DNA of 64,000 nucleotides from positions 64,001 through 128,000 of the IMG/VR virus record IMGVR_UViG_3300035698_013504. One strand, written 5' to 3'. The notes under the pieces were generated by a model. The model searched no databases. It saw only the letters and a list, made by a program, of their open reading frames with translations, and was not told the origin of the DNA. Source of the stretch: a virus. Taxonomy: Duplodnaviria; Caudoviricetes. The translations under genes were made by a program, and so were the position numbers. Positions 27,300 through 36,772 of the stretch are shown here, piece by piece (the first letter of the stretch is position 1; each line of letters starts with the position of its first letter).

Positions 27300-28883
27300 A
27301 TGACAGAGCCACAATATCCAGCAGCTGACTTTCGAAGAGGCAACGACCTACTGCAGTCTCTAGGTACGTTCTGGTCCTACTTCTTCGAGGACGCCCACAA
27401 ACTACAGGCGCACCTCCGGCACCAGGGGTGGCTGCATGAACAGGCCTACCTTGACTTCCTCGAGACCGTTGCCGCCCTGTCCAGGTTCACAGTGCCCGTG
27501 TTTCATAAGGAGAACTGGCACCAGCTGTTGATCAAGCAGAGCGACCTGAACACACGCCCCCTCTATTATGGTGAGGGAGCCATCTATGGCGCGCAGGACG
27601 GTAGTGACCCCGGCCACCCCCAGGGTACGATCTACGAGTATGGTGGGCCAGGAACAGCTCAACTCTACGAGTTCCCACTGCCGGGCGATCTCAAGCAGAG
27701 TAGGTACCAGATACTCAACCGCGTGATCTACCCGAGCGTCGTGTGGACATCTGGCGTCGAGTTCGAGATCGACCTGGAGAAGAACGTTATTCGCTTCCGC
27801 GAGAACCCGTTCGATAACGAGTTGATATCACAGGTGGAGACGTACGACGACACAACAGGCGTCAAGACCGAAACCAAAGCCGCCCTGTGGATCTACAACA
27901 GCGCATGGGATCTCGAACAGATCTATACGCAGTTCGGATATGCTATCGGGCTGCGGCTCGACTCTAGCGAGTTCTACCGCGACCTACTCAATGCCTTCTG
28001 GTCCTCTTTTGTGGCCGGGCCGTCCCTCGAGCACCTGCAGGGCTTCCTGTCCGCGGTAAGCGGGCTGCCGATCGTACGAGAGACCAGCGAAGTTGTTGAG
28101 GTCGTACGCACCGAGCCGAGCGCGAAGCTGGTGATTACCGACCAGCACGTCTACAGCTTCCCCGTGGCCGCCACAGTTACGGCGACCGTGGGCGATACCG
28201 TATACGCCGGTGACACCCTAGTCGACGATATCGAGATCATTGAACTCGCGGGCAACAGTCCCGATTACACGAGTGTCCCGGCCATCTCCGTGGGTAAGCA
28301 GTTTCTCACCGGAGGGTATTACGGTGAGCTTGTCTTTGAGAACAAAAGTGTCAGCCTGGTATACAGTGGACTTGATGCTGACGGCCGGGCGGTTGCGACC
28401 TTCGAGTTGTCAGGGTTCCCCGCGGACGTGGCACAGTTCTGGATCGACGTGCAGACACGAGGTAAGCAGGCGGGCATGCAGACACTCGCGGAGATGTTGG
28501 ACACCCGTGAGAACCCGACAGTGGAGCCGACCGCGGAATATCTCCCCGCGACAATCAACCCTGTGCAGTTCTTAATCGAGAACTTCTTCGCCAACAATAT
28601 GTTCCTAATTCGGCTCAATAGGAGCGCATTTCCGTCAAACGCTCCGGGCATCTCGTGCCTACGGCACCTGCGAAATATGCTTCCGCCCCACATTACCTAT
28701 CTGATCTTTATCGAGTTGGCCCCTACGCTCGAAGAGATCGATTTGTCGGAGTCTACGGACGCGCCCGGGATATATCACGCTTTGCCTGTGACGACATCTG
28801 TAGTAAACTGTAGTGGTGCAGGCGACCCCGGTATTGTCGAGGTTCACGCCCGTGTTTGGCCTGTATCGCTGACCTGTAACTAG
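27300..28883 (+). CDS. baseplate wedge protein (gp7/gpI-like)
   Basis: follows J; GPS...LSAVSGLP and LRNMLPPH motifs typical of wedge proteins. Confidence 0.6.
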   Translation: MTEPQYPAADFRRGNDLLQSLGTFWSYFFEDAHKLQAHLRHQGWLHEQAYLDFLETVAALSRFTVPVFHKENWHQLLIKQSDLNTRPLYYGEGAIYGAQDGSDPGHPQGTIYEYGGPGTAQLYEFPLPGDLKQSRYQILNRVIYPSVVWTSGVEFEIDLEKNVIRFRENPFDNELISQVETYDDTTGVKTETKAALWIYNSAWDLEQIYTQFGYAIGLRLDSSEFYRDLLNAFWSSFVAGPSLEHLQGFLSAVSGLPIVRETSEVVEVVRTEPSAKLVITDQHVYSFPVAATVTATVGDTVYAGDTLVDDIEIIELAGNSPDYTSVPAISVGKQFLTGGYYGELVFENKSVSLVYSGLDADGRAVATFELSGFPADVAQFWIDVQTRGKQAGMQTLAEMLDTRENPTVEPTAEYLPATINPVQFLIENFFANNMFLIRLNRSAFPSNAPGISCLRHLRNMLPPHITYLIFIELAPTLEEIDLSESTDAPGIYHALPVTTSVVNCSGAGDPGIVEVHARVWPVSLTCN

Positions 28884-28895
28884 AGGAGCGCCAAG

Positions 28896-29483
28896 ATGGC
28901 TGCTGCAATTTGCGACTCGCTTAAACCCGGATGGGCCCATGGCTTCGTTCGCCTGTTCTTGATCGATAAGGATACTGGACAAAAGACCCTGCTCGTCGAG
29001 AAACACAATACAATTCTCTACTCGGGCGCCGATATTATGGCCGCCAGCCTTACGGGCGACCTGTCGTATAAGGTGGCGGGTATGTACTTCGAGTACAAAA
29101 ACCTGACGCTGCCAGGTGACGCTATCTCAGCGCCTACGTATGATCGTACTGGCGGCATTGACTACTACAACGCTCTGGCCGACCCCTATGACGTGATACG
29201 AGTACCGTTGACCACATCGCCCGCTATCGCGTCGTCAGATGCAACGAAATACAGCGGTAACCAGGTAACCTTCTACGCCGCCACTGAGGGGATCGCCGGT
29301 GCAATTGCCAGCCTACCCTTCGCAGACGCCAACAACAGCGCCGTATTTGGCGTTGGCCTTGTTGCAACGCCGGACTGGACTACACAGGCCAGCGATGTCG
29401 TTTTCGCCCGTACGTACGTCGATAAGGTCCTGAAGGCGGCTAACTACGAGATTGGCTGTGCGTGGGTAATCCGCTGCACCTAA
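28896..29483 (+). CDS. baseplate/tail-fibre attachment protein
   Basis: GAGGAG SD; HNTILYSG...VFAR...IGCAWVI pattern of collar/attachment proteins. Confidence 0.5.
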   Translation: MAAAICDSLKPGWAHGFVRLFLIDKDTGQKTLLVEKHNTILYSGADIMAASLTGDLSYKVAGMYFEYKNLTLPGDAISAPTYDRTGGIDYYNALADPYDVIRVPLTTSPAIASSDATKYSGNQVTFYAATEGIAGAIASLPFADANNSAVFGVGLVATPDWTTQASDVVFARTYVDKVLKAANYEIGCAWVIRCT

Positions 29484-29498
29484 GCGAGGATGAGAATC

Positions 29499-31394
29499 AT
29501 GGCATTGACGCCTTGGGAAGCTCAAATTGATCTGGTCGTGAACGGCCAGCAGGTACAAGATACCACGCCCAACCGCGCACTGACGCAGCTGATGCGTCGT
29601 ACGGACTACCTTAAGGAGATGATGGCGTTGATCTCCGAGGGTCAGGCGATCTATCACCGAGCAGTTGCGTTGAAGTCTGACGTCCTGGTGGGTGAGGCTG
29701 TGTACTGGAATGCCGCTAACGCCCGGTACGAAAAAGGTCAGGCGGGTACGACTACGGAGTCCACCGGCGGAATCCTCCACGTCGCCGACAGCGCATACGT
29801 TGCTGGCCTCGTCACATCTAAGAGTGGCGGGACTACGGGCGATGTGATTCTCTACGGGTTGCTTGAGGACTTTGACTTCTCCAACACGCTTGGCGGGGAA
29901 ACAGCCGTAGCAGGTCAGTACTACCTCGGCTCTACCACGTCAGGTGTACTCACGTTATCGCGCCCCCCAGTTGGCGTTTTCGTGATGACCCTACGGGACA
30001 CAACGTCCGCGCTGATCAATCCGACACCGAAGGATATCCTTGACGGCCACATTCATTACCGCTTTGACCTGTACGCGCAGCCTGCCGGTTTGGCCGCGTG
30101 TCAGGCTGAAGGTGACCGCCACCACATCAGAGACATCAACCCGAACGCACAGGGCTGGCTGCCTGCCGACAATGCTGTGTTCGGCGGAACTGCTCCAGCA
30201 GGCGCCAAGTTTGGCTACAACATCGCTCAGCACGCCGACCTCTACCGCGCGTGGCCTCCCACCCCTATCGGCGGTGTTTATCTCGACCAGAACGGTTACG
30301 CGGTAGACTTGAGCACGGGCGGTACCTGTATTATCGATATCAACGGTCTCTGGTGGATGAGTGACTGTTACGGTCACGGCCCCTGGGCGCCGCAACACAG
30401 CCCGTGTGACAGCTCATCGTCCTCGTGGTCCAGTTCCAGCGGGGAATCCTCGTCCAGCAGTAGCAGTTCGCATTACTGGTCGAGCAGCTCGTGCGCGGAT
30501 GCGCCCCCCGTCAGATACATGGAAGGCCATGGCGATCTCAGCGATATGTCTATGACTCTCTGGTTCACCAAACTGGTGTACAAGACGAGTGATTCCACCG
30601 TTACGAGCCTACAGCCCGCGACTGGCTCACCAGTTACGGTGGTTGGATGTACCGGAGCAGCCGCGACGACCGGCGACCTATTCCTCGATATCAATCTCGA
30701 GCTCTCTGAGTCGCCCGTCTTGGTTGACGGCGCTCTGGTCATCAAGTCCTTTGAGGGGCTGGCGGCTAAGAAGGGTTACGTTGTCGAGAAAATTGTGCCC
30801 GGGTCGAACATCAACGTCTCCGGCTCGCGCGGCAATGATACAGACGGGTACCAAGGTACGGTTACCATCGACGCCATTATCCCCGGCAGTGACCAGCAGG
30901 AGGGCGGTATCGAGCTCGTAGGCCTCGACAACGTTCGAGAGCAGACGTACCAGGACGTTTTCTATCTTGGTATGCCCACCACAATAGCGTCGGAGCTCCG
31001 GTGTAAGATAGAACTGCCCCGTAGCGGACTCCCGTCGTCGCCGAAGCTTAAGATCTGGTTCTGGATGCTCGCACGCGCCGCGGGCACGCTGCCCCGTATG
31101 GACTTCGCTTACCGAACGATGAGCCGTCCTAGCGCGTGTGTAGCTGAGAACCTGCCGATTACGGACACTACTGTGTCTATCGACGTTCAGCCCAACGTAT
31201 GCGGCGCTTTGTCCGCAAATCAGTACATCGAAGTAGAGAGCTCGCAGTTTGACGTTGAAAACGGCGATGTTGTCTTCTTCTCTCTGCTGCGGGCCGCAAG
31301 TGATGGGTACTCCGGCGAGGTAGGAATCTTGCGCGTCGGCTACCTCATCGAGTCGGCCGCTTCCAGTTCCTCGTCTTCATCCTCGGGAGGGTAG
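29499..31394 (+). CDS. proximal tail fibre-like protein with Ser tracts
   Basis: N-terminal PNRALTQLMRRTDYLK as in fibre N-termini; internal and C-terminal poly-Ser; alternative start 29490. Confidence 0.55.
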   Translation: MALTPWEAQIDLVVNGQQVQDTTPNRALTQLMRRTDYLKEMMALISEGQAIYHRAVALKSDVLVGEAVYWNAANARYEKGQAGTTTESTGGILHVADSAYVAGLVTSKSGGTTGDVILYGLLEDFDFSNTLGGETAVAGQYYLGSTTSGVLTLSRPPVGVFVMTLRDTTSALINPTPKDILDGHIHYRFDLYAQPAGLAACQAEGDRHHIRDINPNAQGWLPADNAVFGGTAPAGAKFGYNIAQHADLYRAWPPTPIGGVYLDQNGYAVDLSTGGTCIIDINGLWWMSDCYGHGPWAPQHSPCDSSSSSWSSSSGESSSSSSSSHYWSSSSCADAPPVRYMEGHGDLSDMSMTLWFTKLVYKTSDSTVTSLQPATGSPVTVVGCTGAAATTGDLFLDINLELSESPVLVDGALVIKSFEGLAAKKGYVVEKIVPGSNINVSGSRGNDTDGYQGTVTIDAIIPGSDQQEGGIELVGLDNVREQTYQDVFYLGMPTTIASELRCKIELPRSGLPSSPKLKIWFWMLARAAGTLPRMDFAYRTMSRPSACVAENLPITDTTVSIDVQPNVCGALSANQYIEVESSQFDVENGDVVFFSLLRAASDGYSGEVGILRVGYLIESAASSSSSSSSGG

Positions 31395-31401
31395 GTGACC
31401 T

Positions 31402-32334
31402 TTGGCGATCGGATCTACCTGGAACGTAGGCTGGCTTTCCCAAAATGGAAATCGCAACTACCCGTTATCTGAGGGCGCAACCCTCGTAGACACTACGTCT
31501 GCGTTCAAGATCCCGGATGACTTCTTGGTTGACCTCCTATTTCCGTATCACACAAACGGAACAATCGACAGCACTCTCTTCCACGTTATGACGATCACCA
31601 TCTTTGGTGAGGGCGTTACCGTCGTGCTTGGGTATAACGGGACAGCCATCGGGTCTGTCAGTGTGAACTTCGATACCTTTGAAGCCTTTAGCACCGTCTC
31701 GATACAGGGCTACGGTGATTTTCACGACTCGGTGGGTAAGGTAACCTTCGGGTCGCTGGACAACCTCCTATTGCAGCCCAGCGGCAGCTGGTCCTTTGCC
31801 GTAGCCGACGCCAGGCTAGAGACCTGCGTGACGCGCCCCGACGTACGCGCCGTCACCGGTATTGTCCTTGTCAACGGCAGCGAAGAAACGGACGTCATAC
31901 AGGGCGACATTCAGCTCGTAGCAGGTAACAACTTCCGGCTGTCATACTCTGTGGCTGATAGCGTCCAACAGATTCAGTTCGACGCTATTCAAGGCGAAGG
32001 TCTTGCGCAAGAGTGTGAGTGTATCGATAATGGTGACGCGGTACCAATCATATCGATTAACGGCGTTACACCAGACGACAGCGGTAATCTGAGCATCGTT
32101 GGTATGGAGTGCGTTGTAGTCGGCGCCGCCGCTAACTCCATCACGTTGGATGACGGGTGCTCTAAGCCCTGTTGCGGCTGCGAGGAACTCGAAGAGATTG
32201 TGCGTGCGATGCAGCACGTACGTAATCAAGTGCAAACCTTGGAGAACTTGGCATCGAGGCTTACAGGTGCGATCACACAGATGGAAACGAACCTGATCGC
32301 GTCCAAGACCGGCGAACTGCCTTGTAACACGTAG
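31402..32334 (+). CDS. fibre/baseplate paralog 1 with C-terminal coiled coil
   Basis: N-terminal WLSQNGNRNYPL; INGVTPDDSGN module; CSKPCCGC; heptad C-terminus. Confidence 0.6.
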   Translation: MAIGSTWNVGWLSQNGNRNYPLSEGATLVDTTSAFKIPDDFLVDLLFPYHTNGTIDSTLFHVMTITIFGEGVTVVLGYNGTAIGSVSVNFDTFEAFSTVSIQGYGDFHDSVGKVTFGSLDNLLLQPSGSWSFAVADARLETCVTRPDVRAVTGIVLVNGSEETDVIQGDIQLVAGNNFRLSYSVADSVQQIQFDAIQGEGLAQECECIDNGDAVPIISINGVTPDDSGNLSIVGMECVVVGAAANSITLDDGCSKPCCGCEELEEIVRAMQHVRNQVQTLENLASRLTGAITQMETNLIASKTGELPCNT

Positions 32335-33738
32335 ATGACCGAGACGTCAACAGATCCCGGAACCTCCTTCGGCATTCTTAGCTCTAGGGTGTTCATCCCA
32401 TACCCATTCCGGAATAAGGTGACATCACCGGCCGGTATGGAGGAGCTCGTTGTCGATTTCTACTTGATGCATGAGAACGAAAGCGTGCTCTCCGCATTAA
32501 TCAACTACCTACACGTTGACACGGTTGGCGGCACATACCACATTATCGTGAAGGACACAGGGTACGGCAAGATCTTCGACACCACGACCGGCGTCGTGAC
32601 AACTACGTACTCGACCTACGATCGCTGGAGCGTCATCGAGTGGATCAAGGGGTCTGAGGTTTGTCGTATTGTCCTCGTCACGGACAGGATTGCGGACTTC
32701 ACGTTCCCGGCCTCTCTAGCGGGCGCCTCCCTACACGACTCAACGTTTTACCGGAGACCTCTGCGTGTTAACAAGTTTGAGACCCCGCTCGGAGACTTCA
32801 CTGATCAGGTTGAGTTGGTAAGCGGGTATAACGCAGAGGTCGCTCTTCAGGGCGAGACAGCTGGCGGGCGCATTACGTTACCGGCCGCACCGTTCAGTAC
32901 TGCTACTACGCCACGAGACGCAACACGTGTGGAGATCCTAGCCGACGCGGGCGCAGGCGCCGGTGCGTACAAGGAACCGTGTGGCGCATCAGAGCAGTCT
33001 CTCCTCACAATCAACAACCAGACCACCAGTGATGGCGACCTTAGACTGATTGCAGACGGCTGCTACTGGATTGAAAGGCCGTCTACCGTCTCTGGTGGAT
33101 ACGCCACCATAATCGACGACAACATGCTGAAGATTCACAACGATTGTGGGCCGGGGTGCGAGTGCGAGGACTACATCAACGTTTACCTAGCTCTAAGTCG
33201 CATATGGGAGTCTGCGCAAAGCGCGGCTATTCAAGTACAGGGCCTGCGGTCAGAGTATGATAGACTCCGCGCGCTCTGGCTTGCCCACCAGGACTGTTAC
33301 GAGCAGGGACTCAAGACCCACGTACGCATTATCCCGAAGCCTGGGTTTGGCGTGCTGGTTATGGGTATGGTCATGAACGCGCAGCCTTGTGAACTTGACC
33401 CGCCGTTCCATATATCGTTTGAGGCGTTCATAAACGATCACATCGTTGGCACATTTGTGCCGCAGTCTGGACGTATGACGTCCGATGATGTAAAGTTTAA
33501 CATGGTTGACCCGTTGCAAGTATCCCAAGGGCTGTGGAATATAACGTACACCTCAGTCCTCAAAGGAACGCGATGGATTCGCTATACATTTGGGTTGGAG
33601 TTCGTTGCTGACGAGGACGGGTACGATAGAACACAGTACCCACTTTCCATGCTTATGCGCGTATATGACGGTAGCGGTAACTCCACATACGAGATGTCCG
33701 AGACAGTTGACCTACTGGCGCCCCTACAGAAAGCGTAG
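32335..33738 (+). CDS. fibre/baseplate paralog 2
   Basis: IPYPF N-terminus; LLTINNQ module; NDCGPGCEC followed by a helical segment. Confidence 0.6.
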   Translation: MTETSTDPGTSFGILSSRVFIPYPFRNKVTSPAGMEELVVDFYLMHENESVLSALINYLHVDTVGGTYHIIVKDTGYGKIFDTTTGVVTTTYSTYDRWSVIEWIKGSEVCRIVLVTDRIADFTFPASLAGASLHDSTFYRRPLRVNKFETPLGDFTDQVELVSGYNAEVALQGETAGGRITLPAAPFSTATTPRDATRVEILADAGAGAGAYKEPCGASEQSLLTINNQTTSDGDLRLIADGCYWIERPSTVSGGYATIIDDNMLKIHNDCGPGCECEDYINVYLALSRIWESAQSAAIQVQGLRSEYDRLRALWLAHQDCYEQGLKTHVRIIPKPGFGVLVMGMVMNAQPCELDPPFHISFEAFINDHIVGTFVPQSGRMTSDDVKFNMVDPLQVSQGLWNITYTSVLKGTRWIRYTFGLEFVADEDGYDRTQYPLSMLMRVYDGSGNSTYEMSETVDLLAPLQKA

Positions 33739-33749
33739 CGTATACACCT

Positions 33750-36023
33750 GTGGCGATCATCCAGCAAGAGTGGCATAATCAGAACGAGAATAGGAACTAC
33801 CCGTTTGACGACAACGCGTCACGGCTAGGTCACGACGGTACGCTGTTGCCCAACGATATCATTGCCGATTGCAACATCACGTTCCCGTCCAGCTATGGTT
33901 CCTATTTGTACGTGTCCTCAGTCGTTGTCTCCAACGAGACCGTCTCCGTAACGTTTTTGGCCACAGACACGTCCCCGTACTGCGGCGGGTCATCGACAAC
34001 AACATTCCGCCCGATCGCGGCCATTACGGTAGTGAACCCCTCTAAGTGGCGCAATTACGCCGTAGACGCGCTGGTTGACGGCGTGGCGGGGTGGGTAGCC
34101 TTCGGGACAGGCGTATACGAACACTCTTTGCTGTCACTTCGCTTTGAGACGCCTGCCGCCTCAATGCTGACGCCTAGAAGCGCCAGAGGGTACGAGGCTC
34201 CTCCGGTAACGTCCCTACGCAAGGAGCAAGACGCAAACACGATACAAGGCACGGTACTCCTGACTGGTGCTGACCAGACCGTAATCGTCGAACCCGGCAC
34301 ACGCGTAATCGACGGGACGTCCCAAGATGTCGTCCTGGTTGGCCTCGACCTGTCGACTAACCCGAAAGACGTCCTGAGAACATACGCGGGCGACTGCGGG
34401 GGCCGACCTGATAGTCTTAGCTGCGCTAAACAGCCATTCCTTGACATCAACGGTGTCCGCCCTAACGAGAGCGGCAACCTGGACGTAATATTCCCCAGCC
34501 CAATCGTGGCGTCACCGATCTTTGGTGGTGGTGGTATCATTCTGGACCACCCGCTGGGGCTTGGAGACGTCTGTACCAAAGAGAACTTGGTCGACGACGA
34601 CCTCCTGCTGCCCTACGAGCCCAGCGACTCCTGTACGTGGTACTTCTCCTCAAGCTCCTCGTCCAGCGACAGCTCAGAGAGTATCTCGTCTTCGTCCAAC
34701 AGTAGCAGCTCCTGGTCAGCCGCGTCGATCTGCGAGGACTGGGAGCCGCCGAATACACCATGGCACTGGGACGATCTGCTGGGCACATGGACGTTGGAGA
34801 TCGGCGGCCTTAGTACGTTACGAAGGTTCTCCGACCCCAACGTTGGCGGCCCGCAGCTTAGTGTCTACAGATCTGCGAGTGCGCCAAAGGATGGCGACCA
34901 CCTTCTGGAAGGCGCTGCCCGCGTACATGACGCTGACGGTAATGCGTTCCTCGTATTTGGGTTTGAAGACGAAGAGAACTTCTGGTTCGCCGGGTTCTCG
35001 ACAAAGAAGATGTTCGACGGGTCTGATTTCAAACAGCTCGCGTACATTGGGCGGCGTACGTCGGACTCCGGGGCGAACTGGGATAGCGGCTTGGGTTACG
35101 GCCTGAGGTTCGAGCGTACGGCCGAGGTAGCCCCGACGACGTTCCAGCCGGGCACTGACTACTACATAAGCGTTGAGCTCCACAAGATCGGCCACACGAC
35201 AAGCATCTCTCTTCGGATCTATGACTACGCGGGTATCGCAGTGTCCTACGTGGCTATCAACGTCACAACGTCCTTGGTTACCCCAGGCCTGCTGGGAATA
35301 GGCGTTGCGGATAGCTACACCGAGTTCGACAACATCGGGTGGGACTGTGGTACTCAGATGTCTTCGAGTTCTTCATCCACGAGTGTGTCGAGCAGTTCAT
35401 CCAGTAGTTCTTCATCGTGGAGTTCCTCGTCGTCGAGTAATTCGTCGTCGAGTAGTAGCTCGTCTTGGAGTTCAAGCTCTTCGTCCAACAGCTCCAGCTC
35501 CTCCTCGAACAGTTCCAGTTCCTCGTGGAGTTCCAGTTCCTCATCATCTTCCAGCGACTCGTCAGAGTATAGCCCATTTGGTGAATTTCCAACCTCGGCG
35601 ACGCTCTACGTAGGGTCGTATACGCCCGGCACCGCGATTGTAAATCTACACGCCATAGACTCATCGTATTTGGGCGTGATTGAGGTCGTGGGGACCCCAG
35701 GGTACGATCTATATCTTGATTGGCAGTACACCGCGCCGCAACGTACGCAAGCGGTAAAGATTGTTGGGTTCTATGAGGGTAATCCTGCGCACAATGTTAA
35801 ACTATATCAGCGGGACTACCTGCTTGGCCAGTGGGTCGCGGTTACTGGCGATGCTTCGGACTTCCCGCACAATACGACAGATCAGACGTATCAGTTTACG
35901 CTCGGGGACGCTGCGACTTACGTTTCTATAGAGGGACATAGATCGCTACGTTTCCTTCATACGAGCAACGGCTTAGCAGGACATCAACTAAACCTGAATT
36001 ATGTACAGCTACTGGATCCATAA
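33750..36023 (+). CDS. fibre paralog 3 with ConA-like beta-sandwich and long poly-Ser
   Basis: WHNQNENRNYPF; INGVRPNESGN; lectin-like domain ~34730-35350 ending TEFDNI. Confidence 0.65.
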   Translation: MAIIQQEWHNQNENRNYPFDDNASRLGHDGTLLPNDIIADCNITFPSSYGSYLYVSSVVVSNETVSVTFLATDTSPYCGGSSTTTFRPIAAITVVNPSKWRNYAVDALVDGVAGWVAFGTGVYEHSLLSLRFETPAASMLTPRSARGYEAPPVTSLRKEQDANTIQGTVLLTGADQTVIVEPGTRVIDGTSQDVVLVGLDLSTNPKDVLRTYAGDCGGRPDSLSCAKQPFLDINGVRPNESGNLDVIFPSPIVASPIFGGGGIILDHPLGLGDVCTKENLVDDDLLLPYEPSDSCTWYFSSSSSSSDSSESISSSSNSSSSWSAASICEDWEPPNTPWHWDDLLGTWTLEIGGLSTLRRFSDPNVGGPQLSVYRSASAPKDGDHLLEGAARVHDADGNAFLVFGFEDEENFWFAGFSTKKMFDGSDFKQLAYIGRRTSDSGANWDSGLGYGLRFERTAEVAPTTFQPGTDYYISVELHKIGHTTSISLRIYDYAGIAVSYVAINVTTSLVTPGLLGIGVADSYTEFDNIGWDCGTQMSSSSSSTSVSSSSSSSSSSWSSSSSSNSSSSSSSSWSSSSSSNSSSSSSNSSSSSWSSSSSSSSSDSSEYSPFGEFPTSATLYVGSYTPGTAIVNLHAIDSSYLGVIEVVGTPGYDLYLDWQYTAPQRTQAVKIVGFYEGNPAHNVKLYQRDYLLGQWVAVTGDASDFPHNTTDQTYQFTLGDAATYVSIEGHRSLRFLHTSNGLAGHQLNLNYVQLLDP
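35361..35564 (+). repeat. poly-serine tract (~68 aa)
   Basis: mixed Ser codons punctuated by W/N/D. Confidence 0.9.
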
Positions 36024-36772
36024 TGGCTAGAGCACACCTATTTCAAGAGTGGCGAGACCTGACACGGTACATCAAGTATCCGTTCATGGATAGCGCTACG
36101 CTTGTCAACAGTGTAGGCGACACCATCCCGGAGAATCTGTTCAGCGATGCAAGACTGTACCCTGTCGGCGGGGGCGCCGGACAGTTTCTGTCGCGCGTTA
36201 CTATCGATGACGATGTTGTCATCGCGATCTCGGACGCAAGTGGCGAAATCGCAACAGGCACGTTTGACTTTGACACTGAGATTGATGTCGTTAAGGTGCT
36301 TGACCTGTACGGTCGCCCCGCTGGTGTATTCGTATCGTCGTGGGACCGCTTACAAACACTTGTCAACTGGGCGCCAGGAGACCACGAGTTTGAGCGTGCG
36401 CAGACAGAGTTTGCTGCGGCTGTTGTTGTCCCGCAGCCCATCGTAGGTGTAAATGGTATCGTACTGGCCGACGCCACCGTGTTCACGGGCGAGGTCATAC
36501 TCGTAGGCCATGACGGTATCGTACTACGAGAGGACGGTGGTACGGTACGGGTTGACATCGTTGGCGATCCCTACTATCTTCGTAAGCTATGCGCCGAAGA
36601 AGAGGTCGAGCGCGAGTGTGTGCAGGGTCTAAAGACGATTAACGCGATTGCGGCCGTAGACGGTAGGTTCACGATCACCGCCGGAGACAATCTCGCCACC
36701 GATACAGTATTGAGAGTCACCCCGACAACCGATGGGCTGCGGCTCACCGTTGTTGGACAGAAAGGAATCTGA
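36023..36772 (+). CDS. fibre paralog 4
   Basis: EWRDLTRYIKYPF N-terminus; LKTINAI module; TAATG coupling upstream and TGATG coupling downstream. Confidence 0.6.
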   Translation: MARAHLFQEWRDLTRYIKYPFMDSATLVNSVGDTIPENLFSDARLYPVGGGAGQFLSRVTIDDDVVIAISDASGEIATGTFDFDTEIDVVKVLDLYGRPAGVFVSSWDRLQTLVNWAPGDHEFERAQTEFAAAVVVPQPIVGVNGIVLADATVFTGEVILVGHDGIVLREDGGTVRVDIVGDPYYLRKLCAEEEVERECVQGLKTINAIAAVDGRFTITAGDNLATDTVLRVTPTTDGLRLTVVGQKGI